A stretch of DNA of 63,860 nt, counting the filler, from Phoronis australis (taxonomy: Eukaryota; Animalia; Phoronida): assembly GCA_002633005.1 (NCBI GenBank). It is 9 parts of 9 records of this genome, joined end to end, with 100 filler letters (N's around TTAATTAATTAA, not from the genome) between each part and the next. Parts side by side here need not be neighbours in the genome. Positions count along the whole stretch, not along the records: positions 47,948 to 58,492 come from NMRA01001748.1; positions 58,593 to 61,757 come from NMRA01003176.1; positions 61,858 to 63,860 come from NMRA01000426.1; 6 more parts are not named here. One strand, 5' to 3'. The position numbers and the translations under genes are program-made. Numbering within the stretch: position 1 is the first letter of the stretch; every line of letters starts with the position of its first letter. Under the pieces are notes generated by a model, which was not told the origin of the DNA, made no database searches, and saw only the letters and a program-made list of their open reading frames with translations. Shown here piece by piece: positions 49,646 to 62,233 of this stretch.

Positions 49646-49900
49646 GTTTCTAGCTCCTCAACTCCGTTTTAATAATATTTTAATAAAGCATAAAAATAGT
49701 TCGAGGTGATTAGTGCAATGGGCCCACATGCGCAGCCTGCTCACGTCTGTTACAACGTGTATCAGACCGCCGCCTGCAATTATTTTTTTACAGTGATCCT
49801 GACGTACTACACAAACTGATACAATAGTGAACAGCTTCCTCAAACAAACCACTTAAATAATGTATGAACAGCTTCAGCTAATATATATGAACCGTTACAG

Positions 49901-50155
49901 ATTACGCTGCTGCCACGAATGCTTTCTTCGACAATCCCATCTGTGAAATCGTACCAGACGTAGGCCTTCCACCAGATAAAGACTCGGGGTCGTCTGCTGT
50001 CGGTTCTGAAGAAGCCACGTTGTACAGCCGTGTCTCGAGAACTTCACTCACTTCAGGCTCCACTGGTTGCAACAAAGTGGAACTATATTCTTATCAGAAG
50101 GAACTGGCGGGACCAGCTCTAAGCCGCAAAAACACCATCATCTGTGCTCCAACAG
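49901..50155 (+). CDS. RIG-I-like receptor (DDX58/IFIH1/DHX58 family) helicase, Q-motif exon
   Basis: ...VELYSYQKELAGPALSRKNTIICAPT(G): Q motif and start of Walker A; CAG/GT boundaries. Confidence 0.92.
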
Positions 50156-50467
50156 GTTATTATGGCTAGAGGTGTGGCCAAAGGGAAGCGCATGCGCACT
50201 GCTCCGCTTTCTATTTAAAGCTGTTAGTCCTGTCCAGTAAAATGTTTTTATTATCAATTGTTCATTATTAAACTTAACTCTGAGGTGACGACACTCTAAC
50301 ATTTTTTTTCTGTTGCCCATTTGAAAAAGCATGAATTGTGAGATTTTAGTTGAACTATTTTAATTGAAGGTTATGAGGTCTACTTGTTCAACTACACTAG
50401 AGCATCGGTTGCTAAATCGTATGCATGTTAGTTGCTTGCAGTTGAGACCGTATTGCATTTTCTACAG

Positions 50468-50734
50468 GAAGTGGGAAAACGTTGACGGCCGCTTTCATTG
50501 CCAGAAGGATGTACGACGCTTGTAAAAAAGAAAGCATCCCATTTCGATGTCTTTTCATCGTACCCATTCGTAACTTGGTGACACAGCAGTGTGGGGAATT
50601 CAGGAAGTTGTTTCAAGACAATTTACAAATTGTCAGAACATTATCTGATGATGAGATACTGAGAGATAGTATTAGCCACACAGATGCAATTCTTTTCATA
50701 ACTGCGCAAATTTTGGTGAACTCCTTGAACCAAG
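50468..50734 (+). CDS. RLR helicase, motifs I, Ia, Ic
   Basis: GSGKTLTAAFIA...LFIVPIRNLVTQQ...ITAQILVNSL. Confidence 0.93.
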
Positions 50735-51202
50735 GTAATATTTTCGTATCTGTCAGCTAAGAACGTCAAATGTCTTCCAAAGGTCAGTTTGATTGTTCAG
50801 ACTTTTTCTTGGTACCTTTTCGTGGGGTCAGTCGTTCTTATCCAAGTTGCGTATATGTCAAACACAACGTTCAGTTACCGCTTCGTTTCACAAACGCAAC
50901 CGGAAAAAGGGGTAGATCGATTTTCAAATGACCAAGATGATTAAAATTATCTCCAAGCTAGTGTCATTCTATACAAGGTGTAAAAGTCTTGTTAACTTCA
51001 AAATTACCTTTTGGGAAAAAACATTTGTAGAAGTTATAAGGCTATTAATTTTGATTTTACCAAAAACAAACGAAAAATAACAGATTTGCATGTTGCAAAG
51101 ACATTCTTTCTAAACTTTGTGAGCGGTGTATTGAAACCTTTAAAGACAGCACTAAGGGATGAAGGGGCCAATTGAAAGATTTATCATTTTTTACATTATT
51201 AG

Positions 51203-51824
51203 GAGATGTCTCCATAAAAGATTTCAATCTTTTTGTGATGGACGAGTGCCACCATACAACTCGTGACCATCCCTTCAATCAGATTATGCGATTCTACTTG
51301 AAAGAGAAGGTAACTGATCCCGTAGGATTGCCACAAGTGTTAGGAATGACCGCATCTCTAGGTGTGGGCAAGAAAGAGGCGCTCAAGCATTACATTCACG
51401 TATGTGCTAACTTGGACTGTTCCAAGATCTCACACGTCCGTCAAAACACAGGAGAGCTCTTGCAACACAACCCCAAACCAAGGGAAAACCAGCTCATTTC
51501 TGTCCTACCACGACAACATTCTGCCTTCCAGGAAGAAGTGGAATATTTGATGCAAAGAGTCGAAGAATCTGACCCAATGTTGGGCAGACCCGTTGGCAAA
51601 GAAACGAAGGGTACCCAAGCATATGAGTCCACGGTTATGCAACTGAAAATCCAGGCAGAGAAGAGTGCTACGCTAACTGACGTGGTATCGGCGTGTTCCT
51701 TCCTCCGGGTTTTGAACGACACCTTACTGTATTTTAAGGAATTCAGAGCTGACGATGCAATGAAGTTCTTAGAAGAAAATATGCCAGCTTGCGTAAAAGG
51801 AGCAAATACTATTTATGAATTGAG
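51203..51824 (+). CDS. RLR helicase, motifs II and III and Hel2i insertion
   Basis: FNLFVMDECHHTTRDHPFNQIM...PQVLGMTASLGVG...CANLD...GTQAYE...LNDTL are typical of RIG-I/MDA5/LGP2. Confidence 0.95.
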
Positions 51825-52071
51825 GTAAGAATTTGGCCTAGATTTATTTATTCACTGATTTTTGCAGAGCATTAGTGTAGTCAATATTCGCCGCTGACTA
51901 CGTACTTTTAGGAGTCATAAGTCCAGTTGATATTGACATACTTTTCGCAATGAAATGCCCCTACTTGTTCATTTATACACTTTAAGAATAACAAAAATGT
52001 CTTAACCCAAGTAACGCTTAACAAGAATCTTCAAACTAATGTCTTTCTGTGTCCTTTTTGTTTCCACACAG

Positions 52072-52199
52072 CATTTTGTCACTTTATGAAGAGAAAATGT
52101 CACAAATGCAAGCAGCAGTGAGAGGAGATATAAACCCGATGTTACGCGAACTAACAGTACTTCTTGAACGTCTTTTGAGCGCAAGTGACAATCCAAAAG
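52072..52199 (+). CDS. RLR helicase exon (Hel2i to Hel2)
   Basis: ILSLYEEKM...INPMLRELTVLL...DNPK(G), equivalent to ENPKL..L; CAG/GTGAG boundaries. Confidence 0.88.
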
Positions 52200-53521
52200 G
52201 TGAGAGTAACCACAACCTAAGGCAACTGAATTATACAGGGTTTCCTTGGTAACACGAAAATTAACAAATTCCTTGAGTTTTTGCCTTGTAAGACCAGAAT
52301 TCTTCCCTTGGTTTACACATTGTTTTAAGGCACCAGCTTCGATATCCATGCAAGTCTCGTCCGTCTAATCGACGTCACAGTATTAGAATTTTGCGTCGGG
52401 CTGAGACAGGTGATTCGGTGCCAACGTCAGAATTGAATTGACTAGAAAAAACTCTAATAATTGGCATTCGAATTGCTGCAAATGCTCAACAACTTCGGGC
52501 CACGAACATGCGAACAGGGGTCGTGAAAAACTTAAATGGAGGTGGTGGATATTTTGGGTGCTTATGTACCGTTTTCTCCAATAACTTTGAACTTCTCGGC
52601 ACAGAAACTCGTGAACCACTGACGTGATCTTTCGTGATCTCGTCGAACTTCAAAACACGCATCACTATGGCTAAGTAATGCCACTTCCGATCGATATGCG
52701 CGCGATCTCCCCATCTTTAACGAACGTCTACACGACACCCTCTAATTCAAGTAGATTTCGCTTTGGTAAGCATAGGCGGGTTTAGGCCATCCCCCCCACC
52801 CCATCCTTGGCAGCCGCGAAACAACAGTGTGAGGAATTATTGAGTTTATAAATTAATCCCGGTAATTAACATTATAAGTATGCGATATGCGCGTGATCTC
52901 CCAGACGACTGGCAGTGGCGCTGCGCTCTAACACGGTTTCCGTTGTCTGCTCCACTGTGCAACGAAGAAAATTATTTATTATTTTCAAAGAAAGCGGAAG
53001 CTGAGTGACGATGAAGAAACAGAAGGTCCTGGTAAAATGCAAATTCGGCAGTGGTAGGATAAAGCGGTTCTTGATTTAGAGAATTAGGCAATCACTGAAT
53101 AACGGCCCCGTTACTTAAGTGGATGAAACTGGTTCTCTAATAAATCCAGCCTTGGCACAAAGCTGGTATACTAAATATACAGCTTTGTGCCGATGTGGGT
53201 AAAAAACTGACCAGATAAAATCTGACACAAATATGCCAAAAACTACACTCTTCCTTGAGTAAACTAAATTATTTACCGGTGTTGCAAAATTTGGCGTTCT
53301 AGGCCTACCGTTATTCTGCTGCTAAAGTTGTGGAACGATCTTTTGCGTCAGCTTTCGGCGCAATTGCGTCAGCTATTGGCCTGTTTCTTTTTTGCCGATT
53401 CTTCAATCAACTGTTCTTCTTTCACGAGGTCGCATATATATTACAACAAATTATCGGAACTGGTTTCATTTCATTTTGAAGTTTTAGGCTTACGTATTTT
53501 TCATTTTTTGTCTTCATTTAG

Positions 53522-53683
53522 GTTTGATTTTAACGAGACGAAAGTTGGGAGTAGAGTGGCTTTGTAACATTTTGGCTAGTCATTTTAAACATCGGCAACG
53601 TGTTGGCTTTCTTATCGGAAAAGGTGTTGATGGACTCACCGACGCTCGACAAAATGATGTCATTGAGGAATTCAGAAAGAAAG
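53522..53683 (+). CDS. RLR helicase, motif IV/IVa exon
   Basis: GLILTRRK...GFLIGKG..GLTDARQNDVIEEFR, equivalent to L.G.G...GMT...Q..V...F. Confidence 0.9.
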
Positions 53684-53795
53684 GTAATAAATGGTGTCTG
53701 ATTTGCATAAGTAATTTGCAGTAACTACATGACCTGTAGGACATTCACAAATTGACCTCCATGTTGATTAACATGAAATAGGGAACTATCTCAAC

Positions 53796-53827
53796 CATAG
53801 ACATCACATTGTATTAAGATGTCTATG
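53796..53827. mobile_element. 32-bp micro-MITE, P-element-like
   Basis: CATAGACATC-12nt-GATGTCTATG with perfect 8-bp TSD ATCTCAAC on both sides. Confidence 0.85.
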
Positions 53828-55360
53828 ATCTCAACAATGTTTCACCGTGTTAACCATTCCTTCCAAACCATTGATCAACATGCCCACACTCTCAGTGCTG
53901 TTGAGAAGAAATATTTCTGCAGCTACGTCGTTGCATACTGAAAGGTAAGCTTCAACAGCAATGTTGTAGACCTATCAGCCAATCAGAGAAAGAGGTTTCT
54001 AGGTCATGACAAAGACAGCCTCCTTGAAACGACCAGACGTGCAATGGAAGAAAGCATGGCTTCCGTTGGAGGACTGAATGGGATACTGAGAAAGACTTTG
54101 AATCCTGAATCTAGAAAAATGGCCCCAGCTTGTTTAATACGAAATGCACTAATTTGGAGATAGAACCAGACAAACATCATTCATGCGGTGTTTGTATGTT
54201 TTTGCATTGTCAATTACTAATTTACCTACCCGTTCATTAAAATGCTTTGCCATTTTCTGAAAATTCTGAGATCTTATTGGACCTTATTGCAACAGGCCTG
54301 TTTGGTATATTTGTTACCTGATGTTGAGGGAGGTGAAGTGATGTTCTGCTCTGTTCTGTTTTACCGATACTTCAATCGTAATCTCGTTGAAGACACTTAC
54401 AGAACGAGTAACGTGTCACATCAGGTTAAGAGGAGAATAATTCTGTGATTTAGCCTCTGTTGAGATGCAGTCGGTACTTGAATAACTGGGCAGAATAATG
54501 CACGAAAAGTTCTCTCATCCAGAATACTTGACGAGTATTGGTATCTTATCCCATACGCGTTGAATCTGTCGAGTGCAACACCATCATGTAATAATGTTTT
54601 CCGTATTCACCTCTCGCACTACTTCAGCTGTGACCTGTGACATAGGAAAATTCAAAGGGTAGGTCAATATCGACTCGACGTCATCAGCCGGTTCGACCAT
54701 CAAACTTTCCGAACATAGTTTAAAGTAATACAGTTGCAGCAGTGTAACTAACGCTCAACATGCAACCAGGTCCTAAACGTAAAATCTGGAACAAAATTGT
54801 TAATTATATGACACTTCTGTCTCAGTTTTCAATTGCTAAATATTATTGTCTTCAACTCAGACGCCGATTCCTAGGAAATTACAATATCAACTATTGTTGT
54901 TATTTAACTGATTCCAGGAGATGTTACAAGTTCACTGTACAGTTGTCGTTGTTTTCATCTTTGTTACCTCTTTTCAAGAAATAAATCGTTACTTTAAAAC
55001 TGTTTCTTTTACAAGTGAAAATTTGCAAGGTAACGCGCAAGTACATTCATATTGGACGTCATCCGCCGTGTGAACAGTCTGAGTGAAGTATTTAAAAAAT
55101 CTGAAGAAAAAAATGAAAGTAACTTAGGAATTCGCGTATCGACCGAGACCGAAATAATGACTCGTGGGATATTACTTCATGTACGCCACTCTCGGTACGT
55201 TTTGTGTATTTACCACTAATATGTGAAATGGAAAGGCTGTACAAGTAAAACATTTGCTTGCAGCACAGCAGATGGGTTGTCTCTATGACCGAACATTGAG
55301 AAATAGATGATGTACTAGTCTATTGGACGACTTCCATTTGAGATGGTGTCTACTCCGAGN

Positions 55361-55421
55361 GGAGGCTTTGCTTGAAATAGATAAACTGGATGACCTGGAG
55401 GAAAAAATTCGTACGGAGCAG
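55361..55421 (+). CDS. RLR pincer/bridge region, 3' part of an exon truncated by N
   Basis: EALLEIDKLDDLEEKIRTEQ followed by a GTACG donor, in phase 0 with the CTD exon. Confidence 0.7.
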
Positions 55422-56376
55422 GTACGACATTTGAAAGCATATAACAAACAGTCTTCTTAAATATTCGGAGATAGGCAATGAAAATGACTGCAAATATAAT
55501 AATTAATGTATAAACGATAAAACTTGTTTCTACTATTCATTCATACATCCGTGACAAGCGCTGTTGAATTATTCTGATGCTTAACGTAAACTTTCTACAG
55601 AATAGAAATAATTATCCTCTGCTTCAACGGCGAGTAAGGTGGCGATTTTTCCACGCCCATGTTGCATAGTCTTCTTAAGTTCTACGACTTACGTCATTAT
55701 AAATGACATCTTGTTTTACTCTGCAACATAGCTCGCGGCGTACTCGGGCAAAACAGATTACGATAAAATAATTTGCCTACGTGAAATGCTTTACCTTGTA
55801 AACTACTGAGCGATAATGCTTTACTGCGTATGGAAATCGGTCCCCTCTCTGTATAGAACGAATTCAGAGATCAGGGCTGCGTTCCGTAGACCTAAGGCAA
55901 TCGCGAGAATAGCTATTGGTCTCACTCGTTATCTCCTTCGCTTGTAATGCATGGATGGCGATATCTCGCGAAAACTTGTCTGGTATAACATACGCGCATC
56001 CGGGGGGTGGGCTCGAGGGATCNNCCCCCCATTTAGCGAAGTGGGCAAAAAGGTCTACCTCAGAGGAACAAAAGATGTCCGCCTCAGAGAAAATAAAGTC
56101 CGGGAAAACGAAATGAAAATCCATCCACGGGAATTCGGCGCGAAAGCACAATTCATAGGTCTGAACGTGGTATCCATTTTTTTTCAGTAAAAGGTTCACA
56201 TGCTGAAAAATTCGATCCTCCCTACATTTTAGGCTGAGTGCGCGCATGTCTAGCGTGTTTGCGAGATTCTTACGTGCACGGAACATTGGCCATTTTTGGA
56301 ACAGTAAGAGAGCTCGACGCTACGCTGTGTCGTTTTATTTGAAAGGTGTGGAATGGGATTTAATATTCTCTTTTAG

Positions 56377-56602
56377 AACAAACTAGTTGATGAAATGCTG
56401 AGACCAAAGCCGCAGCCGTCATCTACAGTCTCTGATGGTTTCCGAATATTTTGCAAGAAGTGCAAGACGTACCTGTGTCGTGCTGAGAGTATCCGGCGTA
56501 AAGGTTCGCATTACATATGTATTGATCCCCGGTTCCCTGAGAGAACCACCAGAAGGAACGTTAGTGCCGGGACAAGACAATTTAGAGATGACCAGCATGT
56601 TG
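56377..56602 (+). CDS. RLR C-terminal regulatory (Zn-binding) domain exon
   Basis: FRIFCKKCKTYLCRAESIRRKGSHYICIDPRF matches the RLR CTD pattern LC..C....C...DIR.....H...D..F; TTTTAG/GTAAAT boundaries. Confidence 0.92.
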
Positions 56603-56623
56603 GTAAATATCCATTAAATGTTG

Positions 56624-58492
56624 TGTAATGCCGGGGACTCATCTTAGGCTCTCAGGGCGACCGGAGAGCTCCAGATGGATTGCCAGCCTGAGGCAAGCGA
56701 ATGATAGCTGAACTGACAGCTCACGTTAAGGCGAGAACAATTGAACGAGCCAGCAACCATTTCATTCAGTTGTGGCTCTAGCCTGGGTTTCACGCCTCGA
56801 CGCGACGGCCTGTCACCTCATCTATTGTTCACGTTGTTGTATTACTGCAGGTTCACTAGCTAGGCCTCTAGAAGTACTCACCAGTTAAAACACAGCTATT
56901 CAAGCTTCAGTAAAACCCAATCCAGGTGCCCATCCCTGACATCCTGATTGCTTGCTGAAAGACTACCAGCAGGGTTCCCGCCAGCAATTTAAATAAAACA
57001 AGCATCCGGGGAACCATAAAACTGACAAATCACAAGACACCACAGAAAGATAAAGGACGAATGATGTTGACGATTACAACATTCCCCTCCTCCCTAAAAA
57101 AGTGTGGGGCCCACCTGGGAATCAACATCATTCGCCAGATACGAAAAACTTCCCAAAAATTTAACCATATCCCCCCTTACCGAAAATAAAGCCACTGCTA
57201 AATAGACAAAGAGTGTTAGAATGACAAGGACAGTTCCCCTAGAAGCAGAGAATAACGCACACAGGTTAAATATAGAAGTACCAAAAATAATAAAAAGAGT
57301 TCAGAGTNAAGTGTGGGGCCCACCTGGGAATCAACATCATTCGCCAGATACGAAAAACTTCCCAAAAATTTAACCATATCCCCCCTTACCGAAAATAAAT
57401 CCACTCCTAAATAGACCAAGAGTGTTAGAATGACAAGGACAGTTCCCCTAGAAGCAGAGAATAACGCACACAGGTTAAATATAGAAGTACCAAAAATAAT
57501 AAAAAGAGTTCAGAGTGCCAGCACATCCTGAACACATGAAGTAACTCATAAAGAGAAAACCTAGCAGGATCCCAACCCATCCCCCAGGGCGGGAGAGCAG
57601 TCACCTAACGGAAAAAGTTCTCGCTAAGGAGACTTCCCGGACTTGTAGCTGCAAAAGGGTATAGGACACGTGCATTTCTAGTGGAGTTATCAAAATAAAC
57701 CCTGCACTAACGTGATACACGCATGCCACCCTTAATTTCTACTAGAGTATTACATTTTGACGTGCTTTGGGTGGAGGCCGGGCAGACATATTCCAACCCA
57801 AAGGGAACGCCTTGGACGCAGACCTAAAATGGATAGGTTCACAGAGAACTGTGACTGACCCTCCACTAAACATAGGCCTCCTGGCAACTGAGACGGACAT
57901 GAAAGTACCGCACCCAGGTTAACCACGCACTGACTAGGACTACCATAATAAATAGGGGCTCCAGTTGTGGGGAGAAAGTATTAGCTCAATGAAATGGTGT
58001 CCAATGACATAACCAAAACACTGCCTAAGCCTAAACTCCCCAACTACACGGACATAATAAATAAATAAATAAATAAATATCAGGGATATGATAATAAATA
58101 AGGGACTTAGTTGTAAGGAGAAAGTATTATGTCAATGGAATGGTGTTCAATTCAATGACACAACCAAAACACTGTCTAAGCCTAAACTCACCAACTACAA
58201 GGACGTAATTAATAAATGAATAAATACCAGGGATATGATAATAAATAAGGGACTTAGTTGTAGTGAGAAAGTATTGGGTCAATGGAATGGTATTCAATTC
58301 AATTTCATAACCAAAACAATGCCTATAGGACTAAACTCACCAACTACAAGGACACAATAAATAAATAAATACCCAAAACCCAAAGGATAAAAACCCAGTT
58401 AAACCACCAACAACCCCAAGAGACCACTTGGCCACCGTACCAGCATCCCGCTAGCACGATACCACTCCCCTATCCAACCTTCCCCCCCCCCC
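56624..58492 (-). mobile_element. LTR (56624-57078) with PPT and non-coding internal region, in an RLR intron
   Basis: TGTAAT...ATTACA inverted ends followed by TTCCCCTCCTCCC (minus-strand polypurine tract). Confidence 0.55.
57943..58371. repeat. Three ~147-bp tandem repeats containing (TAAA)n
   Basis: ATAATAAATAAGGGACTTAGTTGT...GAGAAAGTATT...ACCAAAACA...CTAAACTC.CCAACTACA.GGAC recurs three times. Confidence 0.8.
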
Positions 58493-61400
58493 NNNNNNNN
58501 NNNNNNNNNNNNNNNNNNNNNNNNNNNNNNNNNNNNTTAATTAATTAANNNNNNNNNNNNNNNNNNNNNNNNNNNNNNNNNNNNNNNNNNNNCATGAAAC
58601 ACCTGCTAGTATAGAAAAATTAAGAACATTGCGGGGGGGGGCGGGTTCCTCTTTGATTGAATTTTTTGCTTATTTGCATAACTCTTTTTAAAGATTTCTC
58701 CATAAAATTAGTTAAGTCCAGAGTTTACATAGCTGATCTAGGGATGAAGTGAACTTGAAATTTGCTTCTGTAGCCGGTTTCTCCCATGCAATGTTGCTTT
58801 TCATAAGTTTGAATTCGACCTCCGAAACTGTGCTGTGGGGCTTTAAAGATGGTTATTAACCTCCATCTATTTTTATATGCCCATTTTACATGTTCTATCT
58901 CATTTTAGTTGTCTGAAAACAAAACTAAATGCCCAAATATCAAAATCCAAAACAATGTAGGCTATTGGTTATCTCATGAAACGTAAACAATCCCCGTTTT
59001 GTTGCTGTGTTTACTTCTTTGACAACATTGCTGACCTTGTGCATGTGCGGCATCGTTCAATAGAAGGGGTACTCAGCCTCATCTCCAAGCCTCAAGATGG
59101 TGCTGATCAGTTAAGCCATTTGAGGTTTGGTAATGGGAAATGAAATGTGTCAGAATTTCCACAGAAATTGTCGGAATGTCACAAGTAATTTGGAAATTTT
59201 CTGCAGTTTTATATAAAAATAAAACTAATGGTATATTGTAGCAATTTAGATCTAAATTATTGCAAAAATGATGTATTTTGTTTCAAAAACACATTAGTAC
59301 TATTCATAAATAAGAATTGAAAAATAAGTACAACCTTTACTTCAGACAATAACTAAAACAATGCCTTCTGTCGCATGAATGGCTGCAATGTGAAAATAAT
59401 TACCATCTGTCTTTGTTCAATGACGTCAAGGCATCGGTCAATCACTGTGCAGAAAGTAATTCCTATAACCAAGCCTCAAATGGCTAAACCCATAAGCGCC
59501 ATCTTGAGGCTTGGGGACAAAGTTGAAAAGGTCACATCAGTGTCAATTGTGTGTAAACACAGAGCAAAACCATCAATTGATGCTCATAAGACTTTTTGTA
59601 AGATTGTGAAGTATTTTTTAGGAATTTAAAAATGGNTTGTGAAATGGCGGATAGCAGTGATTTTGTAAGTTATACAGACTTAGAGAGCCAGCTTGACGCC
59701 GGAGTATTATGAAAACCGTTAGGCATGGAAATGGGGGTGACTAAAACACCACACTCAGGCCATAGCACGCGCGCACACAGGGTGCGGGGGGGATCGAATG
59801 AGCTCCCCCTATTTGGGAAAGTAGGGGAAAAGGTTCGCCTCAGAGAAACCGAAAAACTCCGAAAAAGTAGGAAACGAGACAACACTCTGAAAAAGGCAGG
59901 AACTACTAAAATTCGGCGAATGCACAATTCATAGGTCTGATCGTATCTCGTGAATCTTTCTTTTTTCATCATTTTAGGCTGGGTGTGTGCATACATAGTG
60001 AAACATTTAGACCTCAGTCGCCTTATCGGCAGACTTTGCGTGTTCAACGTACGAACTCGACCCTTCCGCACCGGCGTCTTCGGCGAGTAAAGCCGAGTTG
60101 GCGTTTATTCAGTCTGCGGACAATTTTGATTTCAGAGTGGTAATAAAGCCTTTCATTGAATCACGATTTACTTTTCTAACCACTGTAGTGCCGAGTAATA
60201 TGTATCTCGAACTGAAAATCTAACCGAAGTTTTTACCAGGACTGTGGAGGCCCAGTCGCGATCGAATAGCGGACACTGATTTCATTTCTTATTCAAATGC
60301 CGAGTAATTTTTCACAGTCAGGAACCATCATATCTAATTACAGTGATGCTAAACTGCATTTTATTTCTGGTGATTGATACTCACTTCTGTCTTACAGGTT
60401 CCAAACCCATGCACGCTTTGTACCGTTTGATTCCATTCTGTGACGGCTGCTCACGTCCAACCCGCCACGAACCCGTGCCATTTCTGGGCGCAAAAAGTGA
60501 AATATCGTCACTACATATCCTGCGTACATGAATCTTTTCTTAGTACTCGGTAGAACACAGTTTTCGAGACCACCTCCCCGCTCGCGGCTAGTGTAGAACA
60601 ACCAATGGTGGACACCAGGTCCACTGAGGACGCCCGCGTCACACAAAAAGTAATTAATCAATTTTTGCGTTGATTTCTTCATTAAAAGAACACAAATTGA
60701 AGAAGAGATATTTAAAATATCATACCAAAATTGTTTGTGGTACTGAATCGAATTCAAGCATTTATGACCATGTCGTGAAGGGTTTAAAGTAGATTCTAGC
60801 ATTTCCACTCTGCACATTTACACCAATGTCATACATTGGAGTGGTTGTGACATCAGGAACAGTACAGGACAGCATCGGAGACAGTGGGTAAAGCATCAGA
60901 AGTAGCGGACACATCGGAACGGTGCCTAAACCATCAGGAAAAGTGTTAATAACGTCAGATTCAGCGGTAGTTGTAGCACTGGAGACAGTAGAAACAAGGA
61001 GTATTGTACAATTCTATGTAGGGGCCTACACTCCTTGGTAGAAACACCAGAATGGCTACGGCATCGGGGATCGGGGTGATAACATCAGGAGAAATAGTTA
61101 GTGCATTAGAAATAGCAAAATCAGCGTCAGAAATAGTCGTTACGCCATCGTGGGCACGGTTTTGCCAGCACCACTGCATGCACCGAGGGAGTGTCCAACG
61201 CTAAAATACAGAAAGATGAGGATTCTAATTTTCAGGGGTTATTTGTAAAGCAGTAAGTGACATGTACAGGCTACCGGTAATTTCGGCAGGTAACTGAAGC
61301 CCATACGCGTGTATTTGGAAAATTATATTTTCAGGCGTTCAGTCATTCGAAATAAACGCCCGGGCCGCTGTGAAAATATGAGCGTATTCTTGCATAAAAC

Positions 61401-61857
61401 TGTGTTATTATTTTCAAGTTATAAATACCAAGTTCGCCAAGACTGTATTCTTTAATTGTTAACAAACTATATATGCTCCTCAAAACTGAATTTATAACTA
61501 CAAATTGACACACAAGATGAAATTTTTTCATTGATTGAATGTCCCAATGTCTGAACACTTGGAACCCGAAGTAGTAACACCAAATAAATGTCCATGGACA
61601 TGGACGGTTCATCGGGTGGGGCTTTCTGTGGAAATTCCCGGTATACAAGACGGCAGTGATGCGGGTAGTGGAGATGTCGGAACCAGGGCTCCTTTTGCAG
61701 AGCTGAAATGGAGGCCTATTGAACATCGCGCGTAGAATTTCTGGTATTGTACACACCNNNNNNNNNNNNNNNNNNNNNNNNNNNNNNNNNNNNNNNNNNN
61801 NTTAATTAATTAANNNNNNNNNNNNNNNNNNNNNNNNNNNNNNNNNNNNNNNNNNNN

Positions 61858-62233
61858 CACACATAGTCAATGTTCAAACACTGTCGATGTTCACACATAG
61901 TCAATGTTCACACATAGTCAATGTTCACACATAGTCAATGTTCACACATAGTCAATGTTCAAACACTGTCGATGTTCACACATAGTCAATGTTCAAACAC
62001 TGCCTATGTTCAAACACTGTCTACGCCCAAACACTGACGATGTTGAACCACTGTCTATTGTTCAAATACTGTCTATGTCCAAACACTGTCGCTGTTCACA
62101 CATAGTCAATGTTCACACATAGTCAATGTTCAAACATTGTCGATGTTCACACAGTCAATGTTCACACATAGTCAATGTTCACACATAGTCAATGTTCAAA
62201 CACTGTCGATGTTCACACATAGTCAATGTTCAA
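61858..62233. repeat. 17-bp minisatellite with two variant units
   Basis: CACACATAGTCAATGTT and CAAACACTGTCGATGTT, about 22 units. Confidence 0.95.

Noticed and set aside
53922-53944. Micro-exon reading ATSLHTE as RLR motif V
   Set aside because: Wrong spacing after motif IVa and lacks the EEG.D residues; probably chance splice-like signals
60398-60531. Exon-like segment with CDGC as the last RLR CTD exon
   Set aside because: Lies beyond a spacer in another contig and lacks the C..C...WG pattern
61858-62233. Possible CRISPR array
   Set aside because: Contiguous tandem units without unique spacers, in eukaryotic DNA with no cas genes
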